Of a stretch of 64,000 bases of DNA, positions 29,576-40,632 are shown piece by piece (the stretch's first letter is position 1; every line of letters begins with the position of its first letter). Location of the stretch: the NCBI GenBank assembly GCA_900617105.1, contig UYFQ01000006.1, positions 744,001 to 808,000 on the forward strand, in the 5' to 3' direction. This DNA is from Hydrurus foetidus (Eukaryota). Made by a program: the position numbers and the translations under genes. Under the pieces are notes generated by a model. The model was not told the origin of the DNA. It did not search any database and worked only from the letters and a program-made list of their open reading frames with translations.

Positions 29576-32005
29576 ATGAACATCCTATGCATCGGTGGTG
29601 GCCCATCGGGTCTTTATTTCGCGTTGTTGATGAAGCAACGCCATCCTCAATACGTCGTGACCGTGGTGGAGCGCAACCGCCCGTTTGACACCTTTGGCTG
29701 GGGCGTGGTGCTGTCCGACCAGACGCTGGCGAATTTGCAGGGGGCTGACCCGGTGACGGCCCGCCAGATTGGCGACGCTTTCAACCATTGGGACGACATT
29801 GAGGTCTTTTTCAAAGGCCGCAGCGTGCGTTCCGGGGGCCACGGGTTTTGCGGGATTGGGCGCAAGCGGTTGCTCAATGTGCTGCAAGAGCGCTGCTTGG
29901 TGCTGGGTGTGGATTTGGTGTTTGAGACGAATGTCGAAGACGACCAAGCGCTGGCCTTGCAATACAACGCCGACTTGGTGATCGCCAGCGATGGCCTCAA
30001 CAGCCGCATCCGCACCCGCTACGCTTCCACCTATCAGCCGGACATTGACAACCGCCAATGCCGCTTCGTCTGGCTGGGCACGAAGAAGAAGCTCGATGCG
30101 TTCACCTTTGCTTTTGAGCAAACCGAGCACGGCTGGTTCCAGGCCCATGCCTACCAGTTTGACGCGGACACTTCTACCTTCATCATCGAAACCCCCGAAG
30201 CCGTCTGGCAGGCGCACGGGCTGGACACGATGGCGCAGGAAGACGCTATCGCCTTTTGCGAAAACCTCTTTGCCAAGTACCTGGACGGCCACCCGCTCAT
30301 CAGCAACGCCACCCACCTGCGCGGCTCCGCCATCTGGATCCGCTTCCCCCGCGTGATTTGCCAGCATTGGGTGCACCGTGAGCAGATCGGTGGCAAGACG
30401 GTGCCCATCGTGCTGATGGGAGACGCAGCCCACACCGCGCACTATTCGATTGGCAGCGGTACCAAGCTGGCACTGGAAGACGCGATTGATTTGGCGGATG
30501 AATTTGACCGCAGTGCAACGGATAACTCTGATATTGACAGCGTTTTACGCAGCTACGAAGCGCGTCGCAGTGTGGAAGTGCTCAAAATCCAGAACGCTGC
30601 CCGCAACTCTACCGAGTGGTTTGAGAACGTCGCCCGCTACGCCGACATGCCGCCTGAGCAGTTCGTCTATTCCATGTTGACCCGCAGCCAGCGCATCAGC
30701 CACGAGAACTTGCGCTTGCGGGATGCGGCATGGTTGCAGGGCTACGAGGCGTGGTTGGCTGGTGCTGAAGTCAGTACCGACTCGCGTCGCGCGCCTGTAC
30801 AAGCGCCATTGGGGGCGGCATTGCAAGCACCACTGCCCATGCTCACGCCCTTCACCGTGCGCGGCCTGACGCTGAAAAACCGCATCCTCGTCTCCCCGAT
30901 GGCCACCTACAGCGCGGTGGACGGTGTGGTGCAAGACCTGCACCTCGTCCACCTCGGGGCCAGAGCGATGGGCGGCGCGGCTTTGGTGTTTGTCGAGATG
31001 ACCAGCCCGACTGCCGATGGCCGCATCACCCCCGGCTGCCCTGGCCTGTGGAACGACGCGCAACAGGCGGCACTGGGGCGGATTGTCCAGTTCGTCCACG
31101 GCCAAACCAGTGCCAGCATCGGCCTGCAACTCGGGCACAGTGGTCCCAAAGGCTCCACCTGTGTGGGCTGGGAGGGCACGGATGAGCCGCTGCCTGCGGG
31201 TTCCCCCACCCCGAATTGGGACTTGATCGCCGCCAGCGCCATCCCCTACGGCGCGCAAAACCAAATCCCGCGTGCGATGACGCGCGCGGAGATGGACAGC
31301 CTCACCGCCGAGTTTGTCGCCGCCACCCAGCGTGCGGCGGATGCCGGTTTTGACTGGTTGGAGCTGCACTGCGCCCACGGCTACTTGCTCTCCAGCTTCA
31401 TCTGCCCGCTGACCAATACCCGCACCGATGCGTATGGCGGCACGCTGGAAAACCGCTGCCGCTACCCGCTGGAAGTCTTCCGCGCGATGCGTGCCGTCTG
31501 GCCTGAGAACAAGCCCATGAGTGTGCGGATTTCAGCCCACGACTGGGCACCCGGTGGCAACACGGCGGATGATGCGGTGCAGATGGCGCACTGGTTCAAA
31601 GCCGCTGGCTGCGATGTGATCGACGTGTCTTCTGGCCAAACCACCCGCGCTGCCAAGCCTATTTATGGCCGGATGTACCAAACGCCGTTTTCTGACCGCA
31701 TCCGCAACGAGGCAGGCATCGCCACCATCGCCGTGGGGGCCATCACCGAGGCTGACCACGCCAACAGCATCATCGCAGCCGGTCGCGCCGACCTGTGCGC
31801 CGTCGCTCGTCCGCATTTGGCCAACCCCGCATGGACGCTGCACGAAGCCGCCAAGCTGGGCAGCACCGCCGTGGCATGGCCGCGCCAGTATGAGAGTGGC
31901 CGTGACCAGCTGTACCGCGAACTTGAGAAGCAAAAACAAGTTTCATCGCTTGCTGCATCTTCTGCATCAGCTATCAAACCTGTAGCAAATACAGCCATCG
32001 AATAA
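29576..32005 (+). CDS. abmA: Bifunctional 2-aminobenzoyl-CoA/salicylyl-CoA monooxygenase-reductase
   Basis: N-terminal FAD monooxygenase ([21 protein letters not shown]) fused to an old-yellow-enzyme domain (HCAHGYL). Confidence 0.88.
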   Translation: MNILCIGGGPSGLYFALLMKQRHPQYVVTVVERNRPFDTFGWGVVLSDQTLANLQGADPVTARQIGDAFNHWDDIEVFFKGRSVRSGGHGFCGIGRKRLLNVLQERCLVLGVDLVFETNVEDDQALALQYNADLVIASDGLNSRIRTRYASTYQPDIDNRQCRFVWLGTKKKLDAFTFAFEQTEHGWFQAHAYQFDADTSTFIIETPEAVWQAHGLDTMAQEDAIAFCENLFAKYLDGHPLISNATHLRGSAIWIRFPRVICQHWVHREQIGGKTVPIVLMGDAAHTAHYSIGSGTKLALEDAIDLADEFDRSATDNSDIDSVLRSYEARRSVEVLKIQNAARNSTEWFENVARYADMPPEQFVYSMLTRSQRISHENLRLRDAAWLQGYEAWLAGAEVSTDSRRAPVQAPLGAALQAPLPMLTPFTVRGLTLKNRILVSPMATYSAVDGVVQDLHLVHLGARAMGGAALVFVEMTSPTADGRITPGCPGLWNDAQQAALGRIVQFVHGQTSASIGLQLGHSGPKGSTCVGWEGTDEPLPAGSPTPNWDLIAASAIPYGAQNQIPRAMTRAEMDSLTAEFVAATQRAADAGFDWLELHCAHGYLLSSFICPLTNTRTDAYGGTLENRCRYPLEVFRAMRAVWPENKPMSVRISAHDWAPGGNTADDAVQMAHWFKAAGCDVIDVSSGQTTRAAKPIYGRMYQTPFSDRIRNEAGIATIAVGAITEADHANSIIAAGRADLCAVARPHLANPAWTLHEAAKLGSTAVAWPRQYESGRDQLYRELEKQKQVSSLAASSASAIKPVANTAIE
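31931..31986 (+). repeat. 56-bp dispersed motif, copy 4 (in the abmA C-terminal tail)
   Basis: CAAAAA..GCTT..CAGCTATCAAACCTGTAGC with conserved spacing. Confidence 0.65.
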
Positions 32006-32025
32006 CCTCACGAGGAGCCGCCCTG

Positions 32026-32523
32026 ATGGACATGGAAGCCCGCGCCCACAGCGAACACCCCGAGGCTTTGCGCCTTTGGTTGCGTTTGCTGACCTGCACC
32101 CAGCTGATCGAGACCCAGGTGCGCAGCCGCCTGCGTGCCCAGTTCGACACCACGCTGCCCCGCTTTGATTTGATGGCCCAACTGGAGCGCGAACCCGAGG
32201 GGATGCGCATGAACGAACTCTCGCGCCGCATGATGGTGACGGGGGGTAACGTGACCGGCGTGACCGACCAGCTCGTCATCGAGGGCTTGGTCGAGCGTGT
32301 GGACGTGGCGGGCGACAGGCGGGCTTTTTTGGTGCGCCTCACCCCGCAAGGCCACAGCGCTTTCCGTGCGATGGCCCAAGCGCATGAGGGCTGGATCGTC
32401 AACGCCTTTGGGGGCTTGAGCGAGGCTGAAGTCAGTCAATTGCACGGCCTGCTGGGCCAAGTCAAACAGCACCAAACCACCTCGATCACATCAATCACGC
32501 CGCCCACAGAAGACATCCCATGA
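32026..32523 (+). CDS. MarR family regulator
   Basis: [32 protein letters not shown]. Confidence 0.92.
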   Translation: MDMEARAHSEHPEALRLWLRLLTCTQLIETQVRSRLRAQFDTTLPRFDLMAQLEREPEGMRMNELSRRMMVTGGNVTGVTDQLVIEGLVERVDVAGDRRAFLVRLTPQGHSAFRAMAQAHEGWIVNAFGGLSEAEVSQLHGLLGQVKQHQTTSITSITPPTEDIP

Positions 32524-33374
32524 AGCACTTCATCACCTCCAGCAACCCCATGCGCGGCCAGTTTTCACCGCTTGCAGCTTACCAAGCCCGCCATTTCGCC
32601 TGGGCCTTTGAGGCGGGCGTGGGCACCCTCACACTGAACCGCCCCGAGCGCAAAAACCCGTTGACGTTCGACTCTTACGCCGAGTTGCGCGACCTCTTCA
32701 ACGCGCTGCGCTACGCCACGGACGTGAAAGCCATCGTCATCACCGGCGCGGGCGGCAACTTTTGCAGCGGGGGCGATGTGCATGAAATCATCGGCCCGCT
32801 GACCGGCATGACCATGCCTGAGATGCTCGAATTCACCCGCATGACCGGCGATCTGGTCAAAACCATGCGCAGTTGCCCGCAACCGATCATCGGTGCCATC
32901 GACGGCATTTGCGCCGGGGCGGGGGCGATGATGGCGCTGGCCTGCGACATGCGCTTGGGCACAGCCAAGACCAAAACCGCCTTCTTGTTCACCCGCGTGG
33001 GCTTGGCTGGTGCCGACATGGGCGCCTGTGCCTTGCTGCCCCGCATGATCGGCCAGGGACGCGCCTCCGAGTTGCTGTTCACAGGACGGGCGATGACGGC
33101 CACCGAGGGCTTCAATTGGGGCTTTTTCAATGCCCTGCACGAATCCCCCGACCTGCTGCCCCAAGCCCAGGCGATGGCCGCAGCACTCGCCGCTGGCCCC
33201 ACCTTCGCCCACGGCATGACCAAAACCATGCTCAGCCAGGAATGGAGCATGACCATCGACCAAGCCATCGAAGCCGAAGCCCAAGCCCAGGCCATCTGCA
33301 TGCAGACGCAGGATTTCAAACGCGCTTTTGATGCCTTTGCGGCCAAGCAACAACCTGTCTTTGAGGGGAACTGA
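32520..33374 (+). CDS. Enoyl-CoA hydratase/isomerase family protein
   Basis: [24 protein letters not shown]. Confidence 0.92.
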   Translation: MKHFITSSNPMRGQFSPLAAYQARHFAWAFEAGVGTLTLNRPERKNPLTFDSYAELRDLFNALRYATDVKAIVITGAGGNFCSGGDVHEIIGPLTGMTMPEMLEFTRMTGDLVKTMRSCPQPIIGAIDGICAGAGAMMALACDMRLGTAKTKTAFLFTRVGLAGADMGACALLPRMIGQGRASELLFTGRAMTATEGFNWGFFNALHESPDLLPQAQAMAAALAAGPTFAHGMTKTMLSQEWSMTIDQAIEAEAQAQAICMQTQDFKRAFDAFAAKQQPVFEGN

Positions 33375-33377
33375 GCC

Positions 33378-34601
33378 ATGAAAGCACCGCTGCACCACCT
33401 GTCCCTGCCGTTCTTCGACCCTCTGCACGCTGAGCTGGCCCAAGCCTTAAGCGACTGGGTTCCCCAGCAAGAGGTGGATGAGAGCGATGACCGCGCTGCC
33501 TGCAAAACCTGGGTGCGCAAGTTGGGCGATGCGGGCTGGCTGCGCTACGCCGTGCCGGCGGCGTTTGGCGGTGCGCTGCCTGATTTGGATTCGCGGGCGC
33601 TGGTGATCCTGCGCGAAACGTTGGCGTTCCACTCGCCGTTGGCCGATTTCGCCTTCGCCATGCAGGGCTTGGGCAGCGGGGCCATCAGCCTGGGCGGCAC
33701 ACCCGCGCAGCAAGCCGATTACTTGCCAGCGGTGGCGCGGGGCGACAAAATTGCGGCTTTTGCGCTGAGCGAACCGGATGCGGGTTCCGATGTGGCTGCT
33801 ATGAAAACTGTAGCTGCTATAGCCCATCCCGCAAGCGGTGCAGCCGGTTTTGTGCTGAATGGCAGCAAAACCTGGATCAGCAACGGCGGCATCGCTGACT
33901 TCTACTGCGTGTTCGCCAAAACCGAGCCCACAGCCGGTTCGCGTGGCATCAGCGCCTTCATCGTCGATGCGGATGCACCCGGCTTGGACACCTCCGAGCA
34001 CATCCAGGTGATGGCCCCGCACCCGCTGGGCACGCTGAAGTTTGACGACTGCCACCTGCCCGCCAACGCGCGCTTAGGCGAGGTGAACGGTGGCTTCAAG
34101 CTGGCAATGCGCACGCTGGACATCTTCCGTGCGTCGGTGGCCGGTGCCGCTTTGGGCATGGCACGCCGGGCGCTGGCAGAGGCGATCAGCCATGCGCAAA
34201 CCCGCAAGATGTTTGGTCAGACGCTGGCCGACTTTCAACTCACACAAGTCAAACTCGGTGAGATGGCCGCGTTGATCGACGCCGCCGCGCTCTTGACCTA
34301 CCGCGCGGCCTGGATGCGTGACGGGCAGATCGCGGGGAACTACACGATGGCCGCCGGGAGCTACACAACGGCTGCCGCCATGGCCAAAATGACCGCCACC
34401 GAAAACGCCCAGCGCGTGATCGACATGGCGCTGCAAATGCATGGCGGCCTCGGCGTGAAGGTGGGCACGGTGGTTGAACACCTGTACCGCGATATCCGCT
34501 CCCTGCGCATCTACGAGGGCGCCACCGAGGTGCAGCAGCTCATCATCGGCAAAGCAGCGCTCAAAGGCGACGGTCAAGCCGCGATTTTCCGCACGGAGTA
34601 A
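33378..34601 (+). CDS. Acyl-CoA dehydrogenase
   Basis: [28 protein letters not shown]. Confidence 0.93.
   Translation: MKAPLHHLSLPFFDPLHAELAQALSDWVPQQEVDESDDRAACKTWVRKLGDAGWLRYAVPAAFGGALPDLDSRALVILRETLAFHSPLADFAFAMQGLGSGAISLGGTPAQQADYLPAVARGDKIAAFALSEPDAGSDVAAMKTVAAIAHPASGAAGFVLNGSKTWISNGGIADFYCVFAKTEPTAGSRGISAFIVDADAPGLDTSEHIQVMAPHPLGTLKFDDCHLPANARLGEVNGGFKLAMRTLDIFRASVAGAALGMARRALAEAISHAQTRKMFGQTLADFQLTQVKLGEMAALIDAAALLTYRAAWMRDGQIAGNYTMAAGSYTTAAAMAKMTATENAQRVIDMALQMHGGLGVKVGTVVEHLYRDIRSLRIYEGATEVQQLIIGKAALKGDGQAAIFRTE
33798..33853 (-). repeat. 56-bp dispersed motif, copy 5 (inside the acyl-CoA dehydrogenase)
   Basis: Reverse complement ACAAAA..GCTT..GC..CAGCTACAGTTTTCATAGC. Confidence 0.7.
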
Positions 34602-34604
34602 GCC

Positions 34605-36251
34605 ATGAACTTGCCCACTGGCCCCGCCACTGCGTCGCTTGTCGATACCTTTATTCAAGACCGCTTGCCCCCTCCGGCGATGCAGTCGCAGTTCCGCTAC
34701 GACCTGCCCGAGCTGGCGCAGTGGCAAACACCTGCCCAGCTGAACCTGGTGCATGAGCTGCTGGACAAAGCGGTTTCTGACAAAGGTTTTGCCGATCTGC
34801 CCCTGCTGCGCTCGCCCAAAATCACCCTCAGCTACGCCGATGTCAGGGCCCGCGTTGACCGCATTGCCCAAGTGCTGGTGGACGATTGCGGCCTGATCCC
34901 CGGCCAGCGGGTGCTGCTACGCGGCGGTAATTCGGTGGGCATGGCGCTGGCGTGGCTGGGGGTTGTCAAGGCGGGGCTGGTCGCCGTAGCTACCATGCCG
35001 CTGCTGCGGGCCAAAGAGTTGGGCGACATCATCGACAAGGCACAACCCACGGTGGCGCTGTGCGATGCCAAACTGTTGGACGAGTTGCAAGCCGCTCAGG
35101 CGGTCAACCCGGTGCTGGCCCGCATCGTGCCGTTCAATGTGATGGACGCGCCCGGCTCGCTGGCGGTGCTGTCCGCGCAAAAAGACGGCCACTTTGAGAC
35201 GGTACGCACGGCGGCTGATGCCATCGCGCTGATGGCTTTCACCTCGGGTACCACGGGCCGCGCCAAAGCCGTGATGCACAGCCACCGCGACGTACTGGCG
35301 TACTGCGAAACCTGGCCGCGCCATGTGCTGGGTATCCAGTCCAGCGACACCGTGGTGGGTTCACCGCCGTTGGCCTTCACGTTTGGCCTGGGCGGGTTGC
35401 TGATTTTCCCGATGTGGGCGGGCGCGTCGGTCTACTTTCCCGACATCCCGTACACGCCCGAGGCGATGGTGCGCTTGGTGGGCGAAGTGGGTGCCACCAT
35501 TTGCTACACCGCACCCACGTTTTACCGGCAAATGGCGCCTTTCATCGCGCAACATGCCGTGCCGAGTTTGCGCATTTGCGTCAGCGCCGGTGAAGCTTTG
35601 CCCGATGCAACCCGCCAGCTCTGGAAAGCCGCCAGCGGTATCGAGATGCTCGACGGCATCGGTGGCACCGAGATGTTCCATATTTTCATCTCTGCCGCCG
35701 GTGCCGATGTACGGCGAGGGGCCATCGGCAAAGTTGTGCCCGGCTACACCGCCCGCGTGGTGGACGATGCGGGCAACGAGCTGCCGCGCGGCACGGTAGG
35801 CAAACTCGCCGTCATCGGCCCCACAGGTTGCCGCTACCTCGACGACCCACGCCAAGCCAAGTATGTGAAAGACGGCTGGAACTACCCCGGCGATGCGTTC
35901 ATGCAAGACGAAGACGGTTACTTTTTCTACAAAGCCCGCGACGACGACATGATCATCACGGCGGGCTACAACGTGGGTGGCCCCGAGGTGGAAGACGCGC
36001 TGCTGCTGCACCCCGCAGTGGCTGAGTGCGGCGTGATCGGCAAGCCCGACGATGAGCGTGGCATGGTCGTTAAAGCCTTTGTGGTGCTCAAACCCGGCCA
36101 CAACGGCGACGCGCAGATGGTCAAAACCCTGCAAGACCATGTGAAAGCCAGCATCGCCCCGTTTAAATACCCGCGAGAAATCGAATTCTGCGCCAGCCTG
36201 CCGCGTACCGAAACCGGCAAACTGCAACGCTTCAAACTGCGGCAACTTTGA
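34605..36251 (+). CDS. abmG: 2-aminobenzoate-CoA ligase-like AMP-binding enzyme
   Basis: FTSGTTG, SPPLAFTFGLGG, DGIGGTE, TGKLQR; operon context. Confidence 0.8.
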   Translation: MNLPTGPATASLVDTFIQDRLPPPAMQSQFRYDLPELAQWQTPAQLNLVHELLDKAVSDKGFADLPLLRSPKITLSYADVRARVDRIAQVLVDDCGLIPGQRVLLRGGNSVGMALAWLGVVKAGLVAVATMPLLRAKELGDIIDKAQPTVALCDAKLLDELQAAQAVNPVLARIVPFNVMDAPGSLAVLSAQKDGHFETVRTAADAIALMAFTSGTTGRAKAVMHSHRDVLAYCETWPRHVLGIQSSDTVVGSPPLAFTFGLGGLLIFPMWAGASVYFPDIPYTPEAMVRLVGEVGATICYTAPTFYRQMAPFIAQHAVPSLRICVSAGEALPDATRQLWKAASGIEMLDGIGGTEMFHIFISAAGADVRRGAIGKVVPGYTARVVDDAGNELPRGTVGKLAVIGPTGCRYLDDPRQAKYVKDGWNYPGDAFMQDEDGYFFYKARDDDMIITAGYNVGGPEVEDALLLHPAVAECGVIGKPDDERGMVVKAFVVLKPGHNGDAQMVKTLQDHVKASIAPFKYPREIEFCASLPRTETGKLQRFKLRQL

Positions 36252-36282
36252 CGCCACTCTGACAAACCTTGAGACCGTCCCC

Positions 36283-36675
36283 ATGATCCAACACCTTCAA
36301 CCGCCCGGCTGGGCACCCGCCAAAGGCTACGCCAACGGCATCGCCGCCCGTGGCACCCAGGTTTACGTCGGTGGCCAAATCGGCTGGAACGCGCAGCAGC
36401 AGTTCGAGAGCGACGATTTCATCGCCCAAGTCGAACAAGCCCTGCGCAACATCGTCGCCGTGCTCGCCGAGGCCAGCGCCGGGCCAGAGCACATGGTGCG
36501 CATGACCTGGTACGTGGTAAACCGCGTGGAGTACAACGCGCGGCTGAAAGAGCTGGGCGGTGTCTACCGCGCGGTGATGGGCCGCAACTTCCCGGCGATG
36601 AGCTGCGTGGAGGTGAAGGGGCTGATGGAGGCGCGGGCTAAGGTGGAGATTGAGGTGACGGCGGTGGTGCCGTAG
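36283..36675 (+). CDS. RidA family protein
   Basis: KGYANG, GQIG, FPAMS, VEIE. Confidence 0.9.
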   Translation: MIQHLQPPGWAPAKGYANGIAARGTQVYVGGQIGWNAQQQFESDDFIAQVEQALRNIVAVLAEASAGPEHMVRMTWYVVNRVEYNARLKELGGVYRAVMGRNFPAMSCVEVKGLMEARAKVEIEVTAVVP

Positions 36676-36766
36676 CCGTTCGCTGGACAGGTGACTGGGT
36701 GGTAAGGCAGTTTCCCTGATTGCTTTTATGATCGAAAGCTTATCTAAAACCTCATAGGAAGACCCC

Positions 36767-36958
36767 ATGCCCACATACCACATCGAAATGATGGAAGGCC
36801 GCACCGTCGAGCAAAAGAAAAAATTAGTCCAAGAGATCACCCGCGTCACCGTGGAGGTGCTGGGCGGGGTGCCTGAATCGGTCGATATTTTGATCACCGA
36901 TGTAAAACGTGAAAACTGGGCGACGGGTGGCAAATTGTGGTCTGAGCCGCGCGACTAA
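36767..36958 (+). CDS. 4-oxalocrotonate tautomerase family protein
   Basis: N-terminal Pro, EGRT.EQK, NWATGG; 63 aa. Confidence 0.92.
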   Translation: MPTYHIEMMEGRTVEQKKKLVQEITRVTVEVLGGVPESVDILITDVKRENWATGGKLWSEPRD

Positions 36959-36972
36959 GCCGGTAAGCTGGG

Positions 36973-38448
36973 TTGAAGGCCCCTTTAAACACCCTGGCTG
37001 AGCTGCAAGCGCACTACGGCCCGCGTTACCGTTGGCTGCTGTTGCTGTCGGTGATGATTGGCACGATGGCTTCCATCATGTCGTCCACGATTGTGAACGT
37101 GGCTATTCCTGACATGAGTCACCACTTCGCGCTGGGCCAAGAGCGTGCGCAGTGGGTGACTTCGGGGTTCATGGTGGCGATGACGGTGGCCATGCTGACC
37201 ACGCCGTGGTTGCTGTCGCGTTACGGCTACCGGCGTACGTATGTGGGCACCATGCTGCTGTTGCTGGTGGGTGGTGTAGCGGGGGGATTGGCCAACAATT
37301 TCACACTGGTGCTGGTGGCCCGTGTTGTCGAAGGGTTGGCTGCGGGCGTGGTGCAACCTATTCCCGCCATCATCATCATGCGGGCTTTCGAGCCTAACGA
37401 GCAGGGGCGTGCGAGCGGTTACTTTGGCATGGGCGTGGTACTGGCCCCGGCGATTGGCCCCAGCATTGGCGGGCTGCTGGTGGATTGGTTTGGTTGGCGC
37501 TCTATCTTTTTCATGGTGGTGCCGCTGTGCTTGGCATCGCTGTACATGGCAATGCGTTTTGTGCCGCTTACTGCGCCCGGCGGGCAGGCGGCTAACAGCA
37601 ACAGTGCGGCGCTGGACTGGCGTGGCTTGCTGGTCGCGGCGATAGGCACGCTGTGCCTGTTGAATGGGCTGGTGGCGTTGCACAGCAGCGCAGGTGGGTT
37701 TGCGTGGCTGCTGCTGGCAGGTGCGCTGGTGTCGTTGGCGGCGTTTATCGGTTGGCAGCGCCATTTGGGGCACACGGGTGGCGCACCGCTGATGAACCTC
37801 CAGCTGTTTGGCTACCGTCAATTCGCGATGGGCAGTGTGGTGGCGTTCATTTATGGCACAGCGTTGTTTGGCTCTACTTATTTGCTGCCCGTGTACATGC
37901 AGCTGGCGCTGGGGCTGACACCTTCGCATGTGGGGGCGATTTTGTTGCCTTCGGGCTTGGTGCTGGCGCTCACGATTGCAGGCGTGGGGCGTTTGGCGGA
38001 CAAGCACCCCACCTATGCCTTGGTCTGTATCGGGCTGGCGCTGCTCACGGTGTCGTTTGCGGCGATGGTGCTGGTGAATTTGCAGACGGCGCTGTGGGTG
38101 CTGGTGCTGTTCACGGTGGTGGGGCGTATTGGATTGGGCTTTGTCTTGCCTTCGTTGAACCTGGGTTCTATGCGTGGTTTGAGTAAAGAGCTTATTGCAC
38201 AAGGGGCGAGTGCTATCAATTTTGTGCGGATGTTGGGGGGTGCCATCGGTGTCAGTCTGTGCGGCATCGTGCTGGAGTGGCGCTTGGGGGTGCATGGCGA
38301 CAAGCTGACCAATCCCGTCACCAGCCCTGCCCGTTTGGCGGCGTTTGAGGAGTCGTTTTTGATGTTGGCGGGCTTATGTGCTTTGGCGATTGTGGCGGCT
38401 TGGCAACTGCGTCAGGGTAAACCGGGGGCTACACTGTCACCACCGTGA
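36973..38448 (+). CDS. DHA2 family MFS efflux transporter
   Basis: STIVNVAIP, APAIGPSIGG, WRSIF; about 14 TM. Confidence 0.9.
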   Translation: MKAPLNTLAELQAHYGPRYRWLLLLSVMIGTMASIMSSTIVNVAIPDMSHHFALGQERAQWVTSGFMVAMTVAMLTTPWLLSRYGYRRTYVGTMLLLLVGGVAGGLANNFTLVLVARVVEGLAAGVVQPIPAIIIMRAFEPNEQGRASGYFGMGVVLAPAIGPSIGGLLVDWFGWRSIFFMVVPLCLASLYMAMRFVPLTAPGGQAANSNSAALDWRGLLVAAIGTLCLLNGLVALHSSAGGFAWLLLAGALVSLAAFIGWQRHLGHTGGAPLMNLQLFGYRQFAMGSVVAFIYGTALFGSTYLLPVYMQLALGLTPSHVGAILLPSGLVLALTIAGVGRLADKHPTYALVCIGLALLTVSFAAMVLVNLQTALWVLVLFTVVGRIGLGFVLPSLNLGSMRGLSKELIAQGASAINFVRMLGGAIGVSLCGIVLEWRLGVHGDKLTNPVTSPARLAAFEESFLMLAGLCALAIVAAWQLRQGKPGATLSPP

Positions 38449-38467
38449 AATAAAGAAGTGTTACGCC

Positions 38468-39322
38468 ATGTGTCAACTTTTGGGAATGAACAGCCGATTG
38501 CCGGCCACCTTGAACCTGAGCTTTACCGGATTTGCCCAGCGCGGCGGCTGTACCGGTCACCATTCAGACGGATGGGGCATCGCTTTTTTTGAGAGCGATG
38601 GTGAGGCCCCCGGCAAGGGCGTGCGTTGCTTTGTGGACAAAGACAGTGCTTCCACCTCGGTGCTGGCCACTATGCTGCGCACTTACCCGATCAAAAGCCA
38701 TAACGTGGTGGCCCATGTGCGCAAAGCCACGGTGGGTGCGGTCAAGCTGGAAAATTGCCATCCCTTTGTGCGCGAGCTGTGGGGGCGTTATTGGGTGTTT
38801 GCCCACAATGGCGATTTGAAGGACTACGCGCCTGCGCTGCACGGTAGCTTTCGTCCTGTAGGCAATACCGACAGCGAATTGGCGTTCTGCTGGCTGATGC
38901 AAGAGCTGTCCAAATCCCATGTCGGGGTGCCCAGCGTGGAAGAACTCAGCCGTACGCTGCGTGAATTAGTACCGCAAATTGCCCAATTTGGCACCTTCAA
39001 TTTTTTACTGAGCAACGGCCAAGCGCTGTGGACGCACGCCAGCACCCATTTGCATTACTTGGTGCGTGAGTTTCCGTTTGGCGAAGTGCAGTTGAAAGAT
39101 GAAGACGTGCGCTTAGACCTGTCTAAGCACAACGGCCCGAACGACCGCGTGGCCATCATCGTCACCGAGCCGCTGACCACCAACGAGGTGTGGACGAAGA
39201 TGGAGCCGGGCGATTTGGTGACGTTTGTGGACGGTTGCCCGGTGGGGCATCAGTGCTGCAAGGCAGCCAGCGCGGCTTCCAGTGCATCGACAAACAACGC
39301 GGCTACATTGCAGCCGGTCTGA
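38468..39322 (+). CDS. Class II glutamine amidotransferase (YafJ-like)
   Basis: N-terminal MCQLLG, DGWG, AHVRKAT, NCHPF, HNG, TDSE. Confidence 0.9.
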   Translation: MCQLLGMNSRLPATLNLSFTGFAQRGGCTGHHSDGWGIAFFESDGEAPGKGVRCFVDKDSASTSVLATMLRTYPIKSHNVVAHVRKATVGAVKLENCHPFVRELWGRYWVFAHNGDLKDYAPALHGSFRPVGNTDSELAFCWLMQELSKSHVGVPSVEELSRTLRELVPQIAQFGTFNFLLSNGQALWTHASTHLHYLVREFPFGEVQLKDEDVRLDLSKHNGPNDRVAIIVTEPLTTNEVWTKMEPGDLVTFVDGCPVGHQCCKAASAASSASTNNAATLQPV

Positions 39323-40206
39323 TCGAAAATTTCTTGAAAGCAGGTGGGGCTGGTCACGTTGATTTCGGTCAACGAGTCGCCAATCACGTCCAAACCCACC
39401 AGCAGCAAGCCACGCGCCGCCAAAATCGGGCCTAGGGCGTTGGCGATTTCAGCATCGCGCTCGGTCAGTGGGCGTGCCACGCCTTTACCGCCTGCGGCCA
39501 GATTGCCGCGCACTTCACCGCCCTGGGGGATGCGTGCCAAGCAGTAGGGCACGGGCTTGCCACCAATCACCAGCACGCGCTTGTCGCCGTCCACGATGGC
39601 GGGTAAGAATTTCTGCACCATCACGGTTTCAGCGCCATCGCGGTTCAGGGTTTCGATGATGCTTCCCAGGTTCAGGCCGTCGTCTTTGACGCGGAAGATG
39701 CCCGTGCCGCCCATGCCGTCCAATGGCTTCAAGATGATGTCGCGGTGCTCAGCGTGAAAGCGCTTGATCTCTGCCGCGTCACGGCTGACCAAGGTGGGGC
39801 CGATGAACTGGGGGAATTCCAGAATGGCGAGTTTTTCTGGGTGGTCACGCAAGGCGCGGGGTTTGTTGAACACCTTGGCACCTTCGCGCTCGGCTTGTTC
39901 CAGCAGGTGGGTGGCGTAGAAAAACTCGGAATCAAAGGGTGGGTCTTTGCGCATCACGATGGCATCGAACGAGGCGAGGGTGGCCGTGCGAGTAGCTGTG
40001 GTGGTGAACCAGTCAGAGGCATCCCCCGTGAGGTGAATGTCCTGCACCAAGGCTTGCACTTGCCCGCCACGTACCCACGATATCTGCTCCGGTTCACACG
40101 CCGTGATGGTGTGGCCCCGTGACTGCGCCTCACGCATCATGGCGAAGGTGGTGTCCTTGTAAATTTTGAAGGAGGCGAGGGGGTCAGCAACGAAAAGGAT
40201 GTTCAT
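39250..40206 (-). CDS. gshB: Glutathione synthetase
   Basis: MRKDPP, KPLDGMGG, RGNLAAGG, EINVTSPT. Confidence 0.97.
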   Translation of the reverse strand: MNILFVADPLASFKIYKDTTFAMMREAQSRGHTITACEPEQISWVRGGQVQALVQDIHLTGDASDWFTTTATRTATLASFDAIVMRKDPPFDSEFFYATHLLEQAEREGAKVFNKPRALRDHPEKLAILEFPQFIGPTLVSRDAAEIKRFHAEHRDIILKPLDGMGGTGIFRVKDDGLNLGSIIETLNRDGAETVMVQKFLPAIVDGDKRVLVIGGKPVPYCLARIPQGGEVRGNLAAGGKGVARPLTERDAEIANALGPILAARGLLLVGLDVIGDSLTEINVTSPTCFQEIFDQTGCNVAALFVDALEAALAALQH

Positions 40207-40632
40207 AGGGGTGTTCAGGCAGTGAGCGATGAGACGGATATGGGGATGAACGCAGCAATCAGAATGGCCCGTAGCTTATCGGAATCAGTAACCAGTGCCT
40301 TCCAGGTCGGTCTTTATGGTCACAACAGACTGTTTGGAGTGGCGCTACAGATACCGCTTTACAGTCAATGCGACATATCCAAAGGCACTGATGTGCAGAC
40401 TATTTTCAGGCCGCCTTGGGCCTTCACGTGGGTATGAAGATCGATGAAGAAATGGCTTCAATCGTCTCGCTATCGGTTAAAAACTGCCACCGATCGGTAG
40501 TTGAAGCTTTGACTCATAGGGGTAACCCTTGATGCTTCGTAAAAACAGAAGTAATGATGAGTAATTAAAGCCTTTTTCTCTGTGCTAAGAATCTCTACAG
40601 TTCAGTTCGTTCACATCGGAAAGGACCCAAAG

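Noticed and set aside
38173..38228. Possible 56-bp motif copy in the DHA2 gene (GCTATCAATTTTGTG)
   Set aside because: Only the GCTAT half matches; the left end and right palindrome arm are missing.
40222..40437. 71-aa ORF upstream of gshB
   Set aside because: No recognisable domain or RBS; cannot be supported as a gene.
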